From Basidiobolus meristosporus CBS 931.73 (Eukaryota > Fungi > Basidiobolomycota): a stretch of 64,000 bases of DNA. Below are positions 1 to 12,700 of the stretch, piece after piece. The stretch covers positions 1 through 64,000 of the forward strand of contig MCFE01000210.1 of assembly GCA_002104905.1 (NCBI GenBank). The letters run 5' to 3'. Below the pieces are notes generated by a model. It had not been told where the DNA came from. It saw only the letters and a program-made list of their open reading frames with translations, and did not search any database. A program made the translations under genes and the position numbers. Positions within the stretch are counted from its first letter, which is position 1. Every line of letters begins with the position of its first letter.

Positions 1-735
1 GACTACTTTTGAAATCCCCTTTGTAACTGAGTGTTTATCGGTTATCGTAGGTAAAGTTACAGTAATAGTTGGTTCGGTAACTGTCACGTTAGCTGAAGTG
101 TTCGGTTGGATGGTCACCTCTTTGGATGCTTTCTGGGTCACGGAATGCTCGTATGTCAGTGTAGGTGCAGTGATGGTCAAGGTTGGCTCAGTCACGGTAA
201 CATCAATCGACTTACGGTGTTGGATAGTCACCTTCTTGGTTTCTCCGGTCGTAATTGAGTTCGTATATGTCACTGTGGGTTTACTTACTGTAACAGTCGG
301 TTCAGTGATTGTTACATCAATCGAAGTCTCGCGTCGAATGGTCACTACGTCTGATGGTTTATCAGTCACGGAACGTTTGAGAGTCAATGTTGGCTCAGTG
401 ACCGTAATTGTTGGTTCCGTAATAGTAACTTCAACTGAAGTAACATGCTGAACGGTCACAATCTCCGAATTCTTCTTAGTAACCGATTGCTTATATGTCA
501 AAGTAGGTTCAGTAACTGTTACAGTCGGCTCAGTGATTGTTGTAGTAACTGAAGTTTCAGGTTGAATGGTCACCCAGCTGGATGGTTCGACAGTTACGGA
601 ATGTTTGTAAGTTAACGTTGGCTCAGTGACGGTAACTGTTGGTTCGGTAATAGTAACTTCAATGGAAGCTTCATGCTGAACTGTAACTTCCTTCGAAGCC
701 TCTATAGTAATAGAGTGCATAATGGTAACTGCTGG
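1..735 (-). repeat. 114-nt / 38-aa Thr-Val-Pro-Glu coding repeat (about 6 units, continues past the edge)
   Basis: Units such as EVTITEPTVTVTEPTLTYKHSVTVEPSSWVTIQPETSV and DVTITEPTVTVSKPTVTYTNSITTGETKKVTIQHRKSI. Confidence 0.85.
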
Positions 736-3700
736 CTCAGTAACTCTGCCCGTTTCCTTGGAATTAATGCTACGATGCTTGTTTGACTCAGTGCGATGGT
801 GTTCACTATAGTGAGGCTTTTCGGTCTCAATCGACTCTGACTCATGGCGTTCACGGGAGTGAGGGTTACTGGCCTTCTTAGACTCACTGTGATGGCGCTC
901 GCTTGAGTGAAGCTTCTCAGTTGCCTTAGACTCTGGCTGATGATGACCACTTTGGTGAGGCTGCTCAGTCTCCTTAGACTCTGTGTGCTGGCGCTCGCTT
1001 GAGTGAGGCTTCTCAGTTGCCTTAGACTCTGACTGATGGTGTTCACTGGAGTGAGGCTTCTCAGTCTCCTTGGACTCTGTGTGCTGGCGCTCGCTTGAGT
1101 GAGGCTTCTCAGTTGTCTTAGACTCTGACTGATGGTGTTCACTTGAGTGAGGCTTCTCAGTCTCTTTGGACTCTGTGTGCTGGCGCTCGCTTGAGTGAGG
1201 TTTCTCAGTTGCCTTAGACTCTGACTGATGGTGTTCACTTGAGTGAGGCTTCTCAGTCTCCTTGGACTCTGTGTGCTGGCGCTCGCTTGAGTGAGGCTTC
1301 TCAGTTGCCTTAGACTCTGACTGATGATGTTCACTTGAGTGAGGCTTCTCAGTCTCTTTGGACTCCGTGTGCTGGCGCTCGCTTGAGTGAGGCTTCTCAG
1401 TTGCCTTAGACTCTGACTGATGGTGTTCACTGGAGTGAGGCTTCTCAGTCTCCTTGGACTCAGTGTGATGGCGCTCGCTTGAGTGAGGCTTCTCAGTTGT
1501 CTTAGACTCTGACTGATGGTGTTCACTGGAGTGAGGCTTCTCAGTCTCTTTGGACTCAGTGTGCTGGCGCTCGCTTGAGTGAGGCTTCTCAGTCTCTTTG
1601 GACTCAGTGTGATGGCGCTCGCTTGAGTGAGGCTTCTCAGTTGTCTTAGACTCTGACTGATGGTGTTCACTTGAGTGAGGCTTCTCAGTCTCTTTGGACT
1701 CTGTGTGATGGCGCTCGCTTGAGTGAGGCTTCTCAGTTGCCTTAGACTCTGACTGATGGTGTTCACTGGAGTGAGGCTTCTCAGTCTCTTTGGACTCAGT
1801 GTGCTGGCGCTCGCTTGAGTGAGGCTTCTCAGTCTCTTTGGACTCAGTGTGATGGCGCTCGCTTGAGTGAGGCTTCTCAGTTGTCTTAGACTCTGACTGA
1901 TGGTGTTCACTTGAGTGAGGCTTCTCAGTCTCTTTGGACTCTGTGTGATGGCGCTCGCTTGAGTGAGGCTTCTCAGTTGTCTTAGACTCTGACTGATGGT
2001 GTTCACTGGAGTGAGGCTTCTCAGTTTCTTTGGACTCAGTGTGATGGCGCTCGCTTGAGTTAGGCTTCTCAGTTACCATAGACTTTGACTGATGATGACC
2101 ACTTGAGTGAGGCTTCTCGGTCTCCTTGGACTCTGTGTGCTGGCGCTCGCTTGAGTGAGGCTTCTCAGTTGCCTTAGACTCTGACTGATGGTGTTCACTT
2201 GAGTGAGGCTTCTCAGTCTCCTTGGACTCTGTGTGATGGCGCTCGCTTGAGTGAGGCTTCTCAGTTGCCTTAGACTCTGACTGATGGTGCTCACTAGAGT
2301 GAGGCTTCTCAGTCTTCTTGGACTCAGTATGATGGCGCTCGCTTGAGTGAGGCTTCACAGTTGCCTTGGACTCTGTGTGATGTCGCTCGCTTGAGTAAGG
2401 CTTTTCAGTTGCCTTAGACTCTGACCGATGTTGTTCACTAGAGTGGGGCTTCTCAGTCTCCTTAGACTCTGGGTGCTGGCGCTCGCTTGAGTGAGGCTTT
2501 TCAGCTGTCTTAGACTCTGTGTGATGGCGCTCGCTTGAGTTAGATTTCTCAGTCTCCTTGGACTCTGTGCGCTGACGCTCACTTGAGTGAGGCTTCTCAG
2601 TCTTCTTGGACTCTGTGTGATGGTATCCACTAGAGTGAGGCTTCTCAGACTCCTTGGACTCAGTGCGATGGCGCTCGCTTGAGTGAGGTTTCTCAGTTGC
2701 CTTAGACTCTGACTGATGGTGCTCACTAGAGTGAGGCTTCTCAGTCTCCCGGGACTCTTTGTGTTGGCGCTCTCTTGAGTGAGGCCTCTCAGTTGCCATA
2801 GACTCTGACTGATGATGACCACTTGTGCGAGGCTTCTGAGTCTCCTTGGACTCTTTGTGATGGCGCTCGCTTGAGTAAGGTTTCTCAGTTGCCTTGGACT
2901 CTGATTGTTGGTGTTCACTAGAGTGAAGCTTCTCTGTCTCCTTCGACTCTTTGTGATGGCGCTCGCTTGAGTGAGGCCTCTCAGTTACCTTAGACTCTGA
3001 CTGATGGTGTTCACTAGAGTGAGGCTTCTCAGTCTCCTTGGACTCCGTGTGATGGCTCTCGCTTGAGTGAGGTTTCACAGTTGCCTTAGACTCCGATTGT
3101 TGATGTTCACTAGAGTGAGACTTCTCAGTCTCCTTGGACTCTGTGTGATGGCGCTCGCTTGAGTGAGGCTTCTCAGTTGTCTTAGACTCTGACTGATGAT
3201 GACCACTCGAGTGAGGCTTCTGAGTCTCCTTGGACTCTTTGCGATGGCGCTCGCTTGAGTGAGGTTTCTCAGTTGCCTTAGACTCTGATTTTTGGTGTTC
3301 ACTAGAGTGAGGCTTCTCTGTCTCCTTGGACTCTTTGTGATGGCGCTCGCTTGAGTGAGGCTTCTCAGTTGCCTTAGACTCTGACTGATGGTGTCCACTT
3401 GAGTGAGACTTTTCAGTCTCCTTGGACCCTGTGTGATGGCGCTCGCTTGAGTGAGGCTTCTCAGCTGTCTTAGACTCTGACTGATAGTGTTCACTTGAGT
3501 GAGGCTTCTCTGTCTCCTTGGACTCTTTGTGATGGCGTTCGCTTGAGTGAGGTTTCTCAGTTGCCTTAGACTCCGATTGTTGATGTTCACTAGAGTGAGG
3601 CTTCTCTGTCTCCTTGGACTCTTTGTGATGGCGCTCGCTTGAGTGAGGCTTCTCAGTTGTCTTAGACTCTGACTGATGGTGTTCACTTGAGTGAGGCTTC

Positions 3701-6700
3701 TCAGTCTCTTTGGACTCTGTGTGCTGGCGCTCGCTTGAGTGAGGTTTCACAGTTGCCTTGGACTCTGTGTGCTGGCGCTCGCTTGAGGGAGGCTTCTCAG
3801 TTGCCTTAGACTCTGACTGATGGTGTTCACTGGAGTGAGGCTTCTCAGTCTCTTTGGACTCAGTATGATGGCGCTCGCTTGAGTGAGGCTTCACAGTTGC
3901 TTTGGACTCTGTGTGATGGCGCTCGCTTGAGTAAGGCTTTTCAGTTGCCTTAGACTCTGACCGATGTTGTTCACTAGAGTGGGGCTTCTCAGTCTCCTTA
4001 GACTCTGGGTGCTGGCGCTCGCTTGAGTGAGGCTTCACAGTTGCTTTGGACTCTGTGTGATGGCGCTCGCTTGAGTGAGGCTTTTCAGCTGTCTTAGACT
4101 CTGTGTGATGGCGCTCGCTTGTGTGAGGCTTCTCAGTTGCCTTAGACTCTGACTGATGGTGTTCACTTGAGTGAGGCTTCTCAGTCCCCTTGGACTCTTT
4201 ATGATGGCGCTCTCTTGAGTGAGGCTTCTCAGTTACCTTAGAATCTGACTGCTGGTGTTCACTAGGGTGAGGCTTCTCAGTCTCCTTAGACTCTGACTGA
4301 TGGTGTTCACTTGAGTGAGGCATCTCTGTCTCCTTGGACTTTGTGTGATGGCGTTCGCTTGAGTGAGGTTTCTCAGTTGCCTTAGACTCCGATTGTTGGT
4401 GTTCATTAGAGTGAGACTTTTCAGTCTCCTTGGACCCTGTGTGATGGCTCTCGCTTGAGTGAGGCTTCTCAGTTGCCTTAGACTCTGATTGTTGGTGTTC
4501 ACTAGAGTGAGGCTTCTCTGTCTCCTTGGACTCTTTGTGATGGCGCTCGCTTGAGTGAGGCTTTTCAGTTGCCTTAGACTCTGACTGATGTTGTTCACTT
4601 GAATGATGCTTCTCAGTCTCTTTGGACTCTGTGTGCTGGCTCTCGCTTGAGTGAAGCTTCTCAGTCTCCTGGGACTCTGTGTGATGGCGCTCGCTTGAGT
4701 GAGGTCTCTCAGTTGCCATAGACACTGACTGATGATGACCACTTGTGAGAGGCTTCTGAGTCTCCTTGGACTCTTTGTGATGGCGCTCGCTTGAATGAGG
4801 CTTCTCAGTTGCCTTGGACTCTGACTGATGGTGTCCACTTGAGTGAGACTTTTCAGTCTCCTTGGACCCTGTGTGATGGCGCTCGCTTGAGTGAGGCTTC
4901 TCAGTTGCCTTAGACTCTGACTGATGGTGTTCACTAGAGTGATGCTTCTCAGTATTTTTGGACTCTGTGTGCTGGCGTTCGCTTGAGTGAGGCTTCTCAG
5001 TTTCCTTGGTCTCTGTGTGATGGGACTTGCTTGAGTGAGGCTTCTCAGTCGCCTTAGACTCTGACTGATGGTGCTCACTAGAGCGAGGCTTCTCAGTCTC
5101 CACGGACTCTGTGTGATGGTGATCGCTTGAGTTAGGCTTCTCAGTTGCCTTAGACTCTGACTGATGGTGCTCACTAGAGTGAGGCTTCTCAGTCTTCTTG
5201 GACTCAGTGTGATGGCGCTCGCTTGAGTGAGGCTTCTCAGTTGTCTTAGACTCTGACTGATGGTGCTCGCTTGAGTGAAGCTTCTCAGTCTTCTTGGACT
5301 CAGTGTGATGGCGCTCGCTTGAGTGAGGCTTCTCAGTTGTCTTAGACTCTGACTGATGGTGCTCGCTTGAGTGAGGTTTCTCAGTTGCCTTAGACTCCGA
5401 TTGTTGGTGTTCATTAGAGTGAGACTTTTCAGTCTCCTTGGACCCTGTGTGATGGCTCTCGCTTGAGTGAGGCTTCTCAGTTGCCTTAGACTCTGATTGT
5501 TGGTGTTCACTAGAGTGAGGCTTCTCTGTCTCCTTGGACTCTTTGTGATGGCGCTCGCTTGAGTGAGGTCTCTCAGTTGCCATAGACACTGACTGATGAT
5601 GACCACTTGTGAGAGGCTTCTGAGTCTCCTTGGACTCTTTGTGATGGCGCTCGCTTGAATGAGGCTTCTCAGTTGCCTTGGACTCTGACTGATGGTGTCC
5701 ACTTGAGTGAGACTTTTCAGTCTCCTTGGACCCTGTGTGATGGCGCTCGCTTGAGTGAGGCTTCTCAGTTGCCTTAGACTCTGACTGATGGTGTTCACTA
5801 GAGTGATGCTTCTCAGTATTTTTGGACTCTGTGTGCTGGCGTTCGCTTGAGTGAGGCTTCTCAGTTTCCTTGGTCTCTGTGTGATGGGACTTGCTTGAGT
5901 GAGGCTTCTCAGTCGCCTTAGACTCTGACTGATGGTGCTCACTAGAGCGAGGCTTCTCAGTCTCCACGGACTCTGTGTGATGGTGATCGCTTGAGTTAGG
6001 CTTCTCAGTTGCCTTAGACTCTGACTGATGGTGCTCACTAGAGTGAGGCTTCTCAGTCTTCTTGGACTCAGTGTGATGGCGCTCGCTTGAGTGAGGCTTC
6101 TCAGTTGCCTTAGACTCTGACTGATGGTGCTCACTAGAGTGAGGCTTCTCAGTCTTCTTGGACTCAGTGTGATGGCGCTCGCTTGAGTGAGGCTTCTCAG
6201 TTGTCTTAGACTCTGACTGATGGTGCTCGCTTGAGTGAAGCTTCTCAGTCTTCTTGGACTCAGTGTGATGGCGCTCGCTTGAGTGAGGCTTCTCAGTTGC
6301 CTTAGACTCTGAATGATGGTGCTCACTAGAGTGAGGCTTCTCAGTCTTCTTGAACTCAGAGTGATGGTGATCGCTTGAGTTAGGCTTCTCAGTTGCCTTA
6401 GACTCTGACTGATGGTGCTCGCTTGAGTGAGGTTTCTCAATTTCCGTGGACTCAATGTGACGGCGCTCGCTTGAGTGAGGCTTTTCAGTCTCCTTGGACT
6501 CAGTGTGATGGCGCTCGCTTGAGTGAGGTTTCTCAGTTGCCTTTGACTCTGACTGATGGTGCTCACTAGAGTGAGGCTTCTCAGTCTCCTTGGACTCAGT
6601 GAGATGGTGATCGCTTGAGTGAGGCTTCTCAGTTGCCATAGACCCTGACTGATGGTGTCCACTAGAGTGAGACCTCTCGGTCTTCTTAGGCTCTCCCTGA

Positions 6701-9700
6701 TGCTGCGCGCTTGAGTGAGGCTTCTTCGTCTCCTTGGACTCGATGACATGATGCTCACTAGTGCGTGACGATATAAGCTCCTTTGACACATGGTTCGCGC
6801 TAGCGTGATGTTTTGCAGTTGATGAACCTGGTGGACCGGTAGGCATTGGTACTGTGCAGCTTGGAACGCCACTTATGATTGTACAAACATAACCAGATTC
6901 GCACAGCGATGTTTCTTCCCGTCCGTTGTTACATTTGACTATAACCGGGGATACATTTTCGGCCTTACAACCAGGTCTACAGGATCCATGTGCAGCTGGA
7001 CTAATTTTAGGCTTAATAATTCTATTTGATTCCGTACGGTAACGTTCACTAGAATAAGCTTTTCCAGTGCTCTTATCATTGGAAGTGTGACGATCACTCG
7101 AATTGGGTTGCTGAGTTTCTTTGGTAACTGGGACAAGGGCACTTGATTTAGTCTTCAGAGTGATACCTGATTTAGTATTAGATTTCAGAGTACTTGCAGA
7201 TCCAATATGATGTTGCGATGACATCTCATGATGCTCAGAGTTGTGAGACCTGTCAGTTTCCTGTGACGACTGATGATGCTCGCCGGATGAAGGCTTGTGG
7301 GTCTCCTTGGACTTCTCATGATGCTGGGTGGTGTGAGACTTTTCAGTTTCTTTTGAGGACTCGAGATGTTCGCTGGAAGAAGTTCTCTCAGTCCCCCTTG
7401 ACATTTCATGATGCTCGGTGATGTGAGACTTTTCAGTTCCCTTTGATGACTCATGATGCTCGCTGGAAGAAGCCTTATCGGTCTCCTTGGACTTCTCATG
7501 ATGCTCGGTGGTGTGAGACTTTTCAATTTCCTTGGAAGACTCATGATGCTTGCTGGAAGCAACTTTCTCGGTCTCCCGGGACTTCTCATTATGCTCGGTG
7601 GTTTGAGACTTTTTAGTTTCCGTTGACCACTCATGGTTCTTGCTGGAAGCAACCTTCTCAGTCTCTTTAGACTTCTCATGATGCTCGATGATGTGAGACT
7701 TCGCAGTTTCCGTTGACCACTCATGATGCTCGCTGGAAGAAGGCTTCTCCGTCGCCTTGGACTTCTCACGATGCTCGGTGGTGTGAGACTTTGCAGTTTC
7801 CTTGGAAGACTCATGGTGCTTGCTTGAAGAAGGCTTTCCGTGAGGCTCGCTAGAAGAAGGCTTCTCAGTCTCCGTGGACTTCTCATTATGCTCGGTGGTG
7901 TGAGACTTTGCAGTTTCCTTTGACGACCCATGGTGCTTGCTGGAAGAAGGCTTTCCGTGAGGCTCGCTAGTAGAAGGCTTCTCAGTCTCCTTGGACTTCT
8001 GATTATGCTCGGTGGTGTGAGACTTTGCAGTTTTCTTGGAAGACTCATGATGCTTGCTGGAATCAACCTTCTCGGTCTCCTTGGACTTCTCATGGCGATC
8101 GGTGGTGTGAGAATTTGCAGTTCCCTTTGACGACTCATGGTGCTTGCTGGAAGAAGGCTTTCCGTGAGGCTCGCTAGAAGAAGGCTTCTCAGTCTCCTTG
8201 GACTTCTCATTATGCTCCGTGGTGTGAGATTTTGCAGTTTCCTTGGAAGACTCATGATGCTTGCTGGAAGTAACCTTCTCGGTCTCCTTGGACTTCTCAC
8301 GATGCTCGGTGGTGTGAGACTTTGTAGTTTCCTTGGAAGACTCATGGTGCTTGCTTGAAGAAGGCTTCTCAGTCTCCTTGTACTTCTCATTATGCTCCGT
8401 GGTGTGAGATTTTGCAGTTTCCTTGGAAGACTCATGGTGCTTGCTGGAAGTTACCTTCTCGGTCTCCTTGGACTTCTCATGGTGCTCGGTGGTGTGAGAC
8501 TTTGCAGTTTCCTTGGAAGACTCATGATGCTTGCTGGAAGTAACCTTCTCGGTCTCCTTGGACTTCTCACGATGCTCGGTGGTGTGAGACTTTGTAGTTT
8601 CCTTGGAAGACTCATGGTGCTTGCTTGAAGAAGGCTTTCCGTGAGGCTCGCTAGAAGAAGGCTTCTCAGTCTCGTTGGACTTCTCATTATGCTCCGTGGT
8701 GTGAGACTTTGCAATTTCCTTTGATGAATCATGGTGCTTGCTGGAAGAAGGCTTTCCGTGAGGCTCGGTAGAAGAAGGCTTCTCAGTCTCCTTGGTCTTC
8801 TCATTATGCTCCGTGGTATGAGACTTTGCAGTTTCCTTGGAAGACTCATGATGCTTGCTGGAAGCAACCTTCTCGGTCTCCTTGGACTTCTCATGGCGAT
8901 CGGTGGTGTGAGAATTTGCAGTTCCCTTTGACGACTCATGGTGCTTGCTGGAAGAAGGCTTTCCGTGAGGCTCGCTAGAAGAAAGCTTCTCAGTCTCCTT
9001 GGACTTCTCATTATGCTCCGTGGTGTGAGATTTTGCAGTTTCCTTGGAAGACTCATGGTGCTTGCTGGAAGCAACCTTCTCGGTCTCTTCGGACTTCTCA
9101 TGATGCTCGATGGTGTGAGACTTTGCAATTTCCGTTGAAGGCTCATGATGCTTGCTGGAAGAAGGCTTTCCGTGAGGCTCGCTAGAAGAAGGCTTTCCGT
9201 GAGGCTCGCTAGAAGAAGGCTTCTCAGTCTCCTTGGTCTTCTCATTATGCTCCGTGGTGTGAGATTTTGCAGTTTCCTTGGAAGACTCATGGTGCTTGCT
9301 GGAAGTTACCTTCTCGGTCTCCTTGGACTTCTCGTGGTGCTCGGTGGTGTGAGACTTTGCAATTTCCGTTGAAGGCTCATGATGCTTGCTGGAAGAAGGC
9401 TTTCCGTGAGGCTCGCTAGAAGAAGGCTTTCCGTGAGGCTCGCTAGAAGAAGGCTTCTCAGTCTCCTTGGTCTTCTCATTATGCTCCGTGGTTTGAGACT
9501 TTGCAGTTTCCTTGGAAGACTCATGATGCTTGCTGGAAGCAACCTTCTCGGTCTCCTTGGACTTCTCATGGCGATCGGTGGTGTGAGATTTTGTAGGTTC
9601 CTTTGACGACTCATGGTGCTTGCTGGAAGTAAGCTTTCCGTGAGGCTCGCTAGAAGAAGGCTTCTCAGTCTCCTTGGACTTCTCATTATGCTCCGTGGTG

Positions 9701-12700
9701 TGAGATTTTGCAGTTTCCTTGGAAGACTCATGGTGCTTGCTGGAAGTGACCTTCTCGGTCTCCTTGGACTTCTCGTGGTGCTCGGTGGTGTGAGACTTTG
9801 CAGTTTCCTTGGAAGACTCATGATGCTTGCTGGAAGCAACCTTCTCGGTCTCCTTGGACTTCTCATGGCGATCGGTGGTGTGAGATTTTGTAGGTTCCTT
9901 TGACGACTCATGGTGCTTGCTGGAAGTAAGCTTTCCGTGAGGCTCGCTAGAAGAAGGCTTCTCAGTCTCCTTGGACTTCTCATTATGCTCCGTGGTGTGA
10001 GATTTTGCAGTTTCCTTGGAAGACTCATGGTGCTTGCTGGAAGTTACCTTCTCGGTCTCCTTGGACTTCTCGTGGTGCTCGGTGGTGTGAGACTTTGCAG
10101 TTTCCTTGGAAGACTCATGATGCTTGCTGGAAGCAACCTTCTCGGTCTCCTTGGACTTCTCATGGCGATCGGTGGTGTGAGATTTTGTAGGTTCCTTTGA
10201 CGACTCATGGTGCTTTCTGGAAGTAAGCTTTCCGTGAGGCTCGCTAGAAGAAGGCTTCTCAGTCTCCTTGGACTTCTCATTATGCTCCGTGGTGTGAGAT
10301 TTTGCAGTTTCCTTGGAAGACTCATGGTGCTTGCTGGAAGTTACCTTCTCGGTCTCCTTGGACTTCTCGTGGTGCTCGGTGGTGTGAGACTTTGCAATTT
10401 CCGTTGAAGGCTCATGATGCTTGCTGGAAGAAGGCTTTCCGTGAGGCTCGCTAGAAGAAGGCTTCGTAGTCGCCTTGGACTTCTCATGATGCTCGGTGGC
10501 GTGAGACTTTGCAGTTTTCTTGGAAGACTCATGATGCTCGCTGGAATTAACCTTCTCGGTCTCCTGGGACTTCTCATGATGCTTGGTGGTTTGAGACTTT
10601 GTAGTTTCCTTTGACGACTCATGGTGCTTGCTGGAAGAAAGCTTTCCATGAGGCTCGCTAGAAGAAGGCCTCTCAGTCTCCTTGGATTTCTCATCATGCT
10701 CGGTGGTGTGAGACTTTTGTGTTTCCTTGGAAGACTCATGATGCTTGCTGGAAGCAACCTTCTCGGTCTCCTTGGACTTCTGATCATGCTCGGTGGTATG
10801 AGACTTTGCAATTTCCGTTGAAGACTCATGATGCTCGCTGGAAGTAACCTTCTCAGTCTCCTTGGACTTCTCATGATACCCCTTGGTTTGAGACTTTACA
10901 ATCTCCTTTGACGACTCATGGTGCTTGCCGGAAGAAGGCTTTCCGTGAGGCTCGCTAGTAGAAGGCTTCTCAGTCTCCTTGGACTTCTCATGATGCTCGG
11001 TGGTGTGAGACTTTTCAATTTCCTTGGAGGACTCATGATGCTTGCTGGAAGTAGGCTTCTCCATTTCTGTTGAATATTTGTTAAATTCGCTGGAAGTAGT
11101 CTGCTCTGGCTGCTTGGACTTCTCATCGTGCTCACTTGAGTTTGGTTTCTCGGAGCTTTCATGATATTTGCTTGAGCTTGGCTTTTCATGCCGTTTGCTT
11201 GAAGGAGAAGTGTTATTCTTAGCCGTTTTGCTTATTTGGGTGGTTGGCTCCGAATTTGAATGGGTGCTCGCTGATGTTGGTGGAGGTACCGAAGATCTTG
11301 GTGGTGGAGGAGGTGGAAACGATGGCTTAGGAAGTTCACAAGATGGTATTCCATTGACCATTGCGCAAAGGTAACCATCCTGACAAGAAGATTTCTCCTG
11401 TTTTCCATTTCTACATTTGATTATTACTGGAGATTCGTTTTCGGCTTCACAGCCTGGAATGCACTTGACTTCAGGGGGCGTGCTGGAGTGAGTTTTAGCT
11501 GTTTTGCTTATTTGGGTGCCTGGCTCTGAATTTGGCTTGTTGCTAGCTGATGTTGGTGGTGGTGGTGGTGGTGGAAGCGATGGCTTAGGAAGCTCACAAG
11601 ATGGTATTCCATTGACCATTGCGCAAAGGTAACCATCCTGACAAGAAGATTTCTCCTGTTTTCCATTTTTACATTTGATTATTACTGGAGATGCGTTTTC
11701 GGCTTCACAGCCTGGAATGCACTTGACTTCAGGGGGCGTGCTGGAGTGAGTTTTAGCTGTTTTGCTTATTTGGGTGCCTGGCTCTGAATTTGGCTTGTTG
11801 CTAGCTGATGTTGGTGGTGGTGGTGGTGGTGGAAGCGATGGCTTAGGGAGCTCACAAGATGGTATTCCATTGACCATTGCGCAAAGGTAACCATCTTGGC
11901 AAGAGGATTTCTCCTGTTTTCCATTTTTACATTTGATTATTACTGGAGATGCGTTTTCGGCTTCACATCCTGGAATGCACTTGACCGCAGGCGTTGCACT
12001 CGAATGAGGCTCCTCAGTTTGACTGCGTTGCTCTTTACTTGTCTTCTTGCTCGAGGATGCTGCTGGGGATGGTGGTGGTGATTGCGTTGGCTTAAGTTGT
12101 TTACAGGATGGTACCCCCTTTACCATCGCGCACACAAATCCATCCCGACACGCAGATCTTTTCTCAACTCCATTTTCACATTTGATGATCCATGGCGATA
12201 CGTTTTCGGCTTCACAGCCTGCTACACATATGCTATTAGTGGCACTAGTAGTATGAAACTTCGCTGGCTTGGATCTTGAGCTGCTTGCTGGTGTGGATTT
12301 CGACGGTGTTTTGGGAGATACCGGCTTCATTGTTTCCTTCGGCTTATTACCGGAGTTATTTGACACTGGGTGGTGTTGGGCACTGGAATGAAGCTCTTCC
12401 GATTTCTGTTTTGGTTGCAATGTTAACTTCTCAATATACTCAGGTCAGTTCATATAATAATTACCTTTGTATTTGGCATGGTGCTTATCGAACCACTGAG
12501 TGACGGTTGCGGAGGAATGCATACAGGCGTATTTCCCCGCATTTGACAAGTATATCCTTGACCACACTCATTCATGGTTGTTACACCATTGTAGCATACT
12601 TTCATCATTCCATTTACGCATTCACTGATGCAGTTGCTGGATTTACTTGTAGAGGTGGCCGATATTTGTTTCGGACTCGAAATTTCATTGCTTTCCACGA

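Noticed and set aside
702-11189. Long minus-strand R/L/S/Q-rich ORFs in the track (434, 879, 416 aa etc.)
   Set aside because: All lie in one frame shifted by one base from the true open frame and are broken by stops. They are shadows of the His arrays.
790-11195. CRISPR-like or satellite interpretation of the arrays
   Set aside because: No unique spacers, all periods are multiples of three, the frame is continuously open, and the context is eukaryotic.
7194-12279. Repeated plus-strand Leu/Arg amphipathic peptides (MVLAGRRLSVRLARRRLLSLLGLL...) resembling toxins or transit peptides
   Set aside because: Antisense readings of the repeat exon, with no independent promoter or splice evidence.
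12450-12464. Stop codon ending the 418-aa ORF
   Set aside because: The last five codons are the start of a GTAATT intron, and splicing continues in frame.
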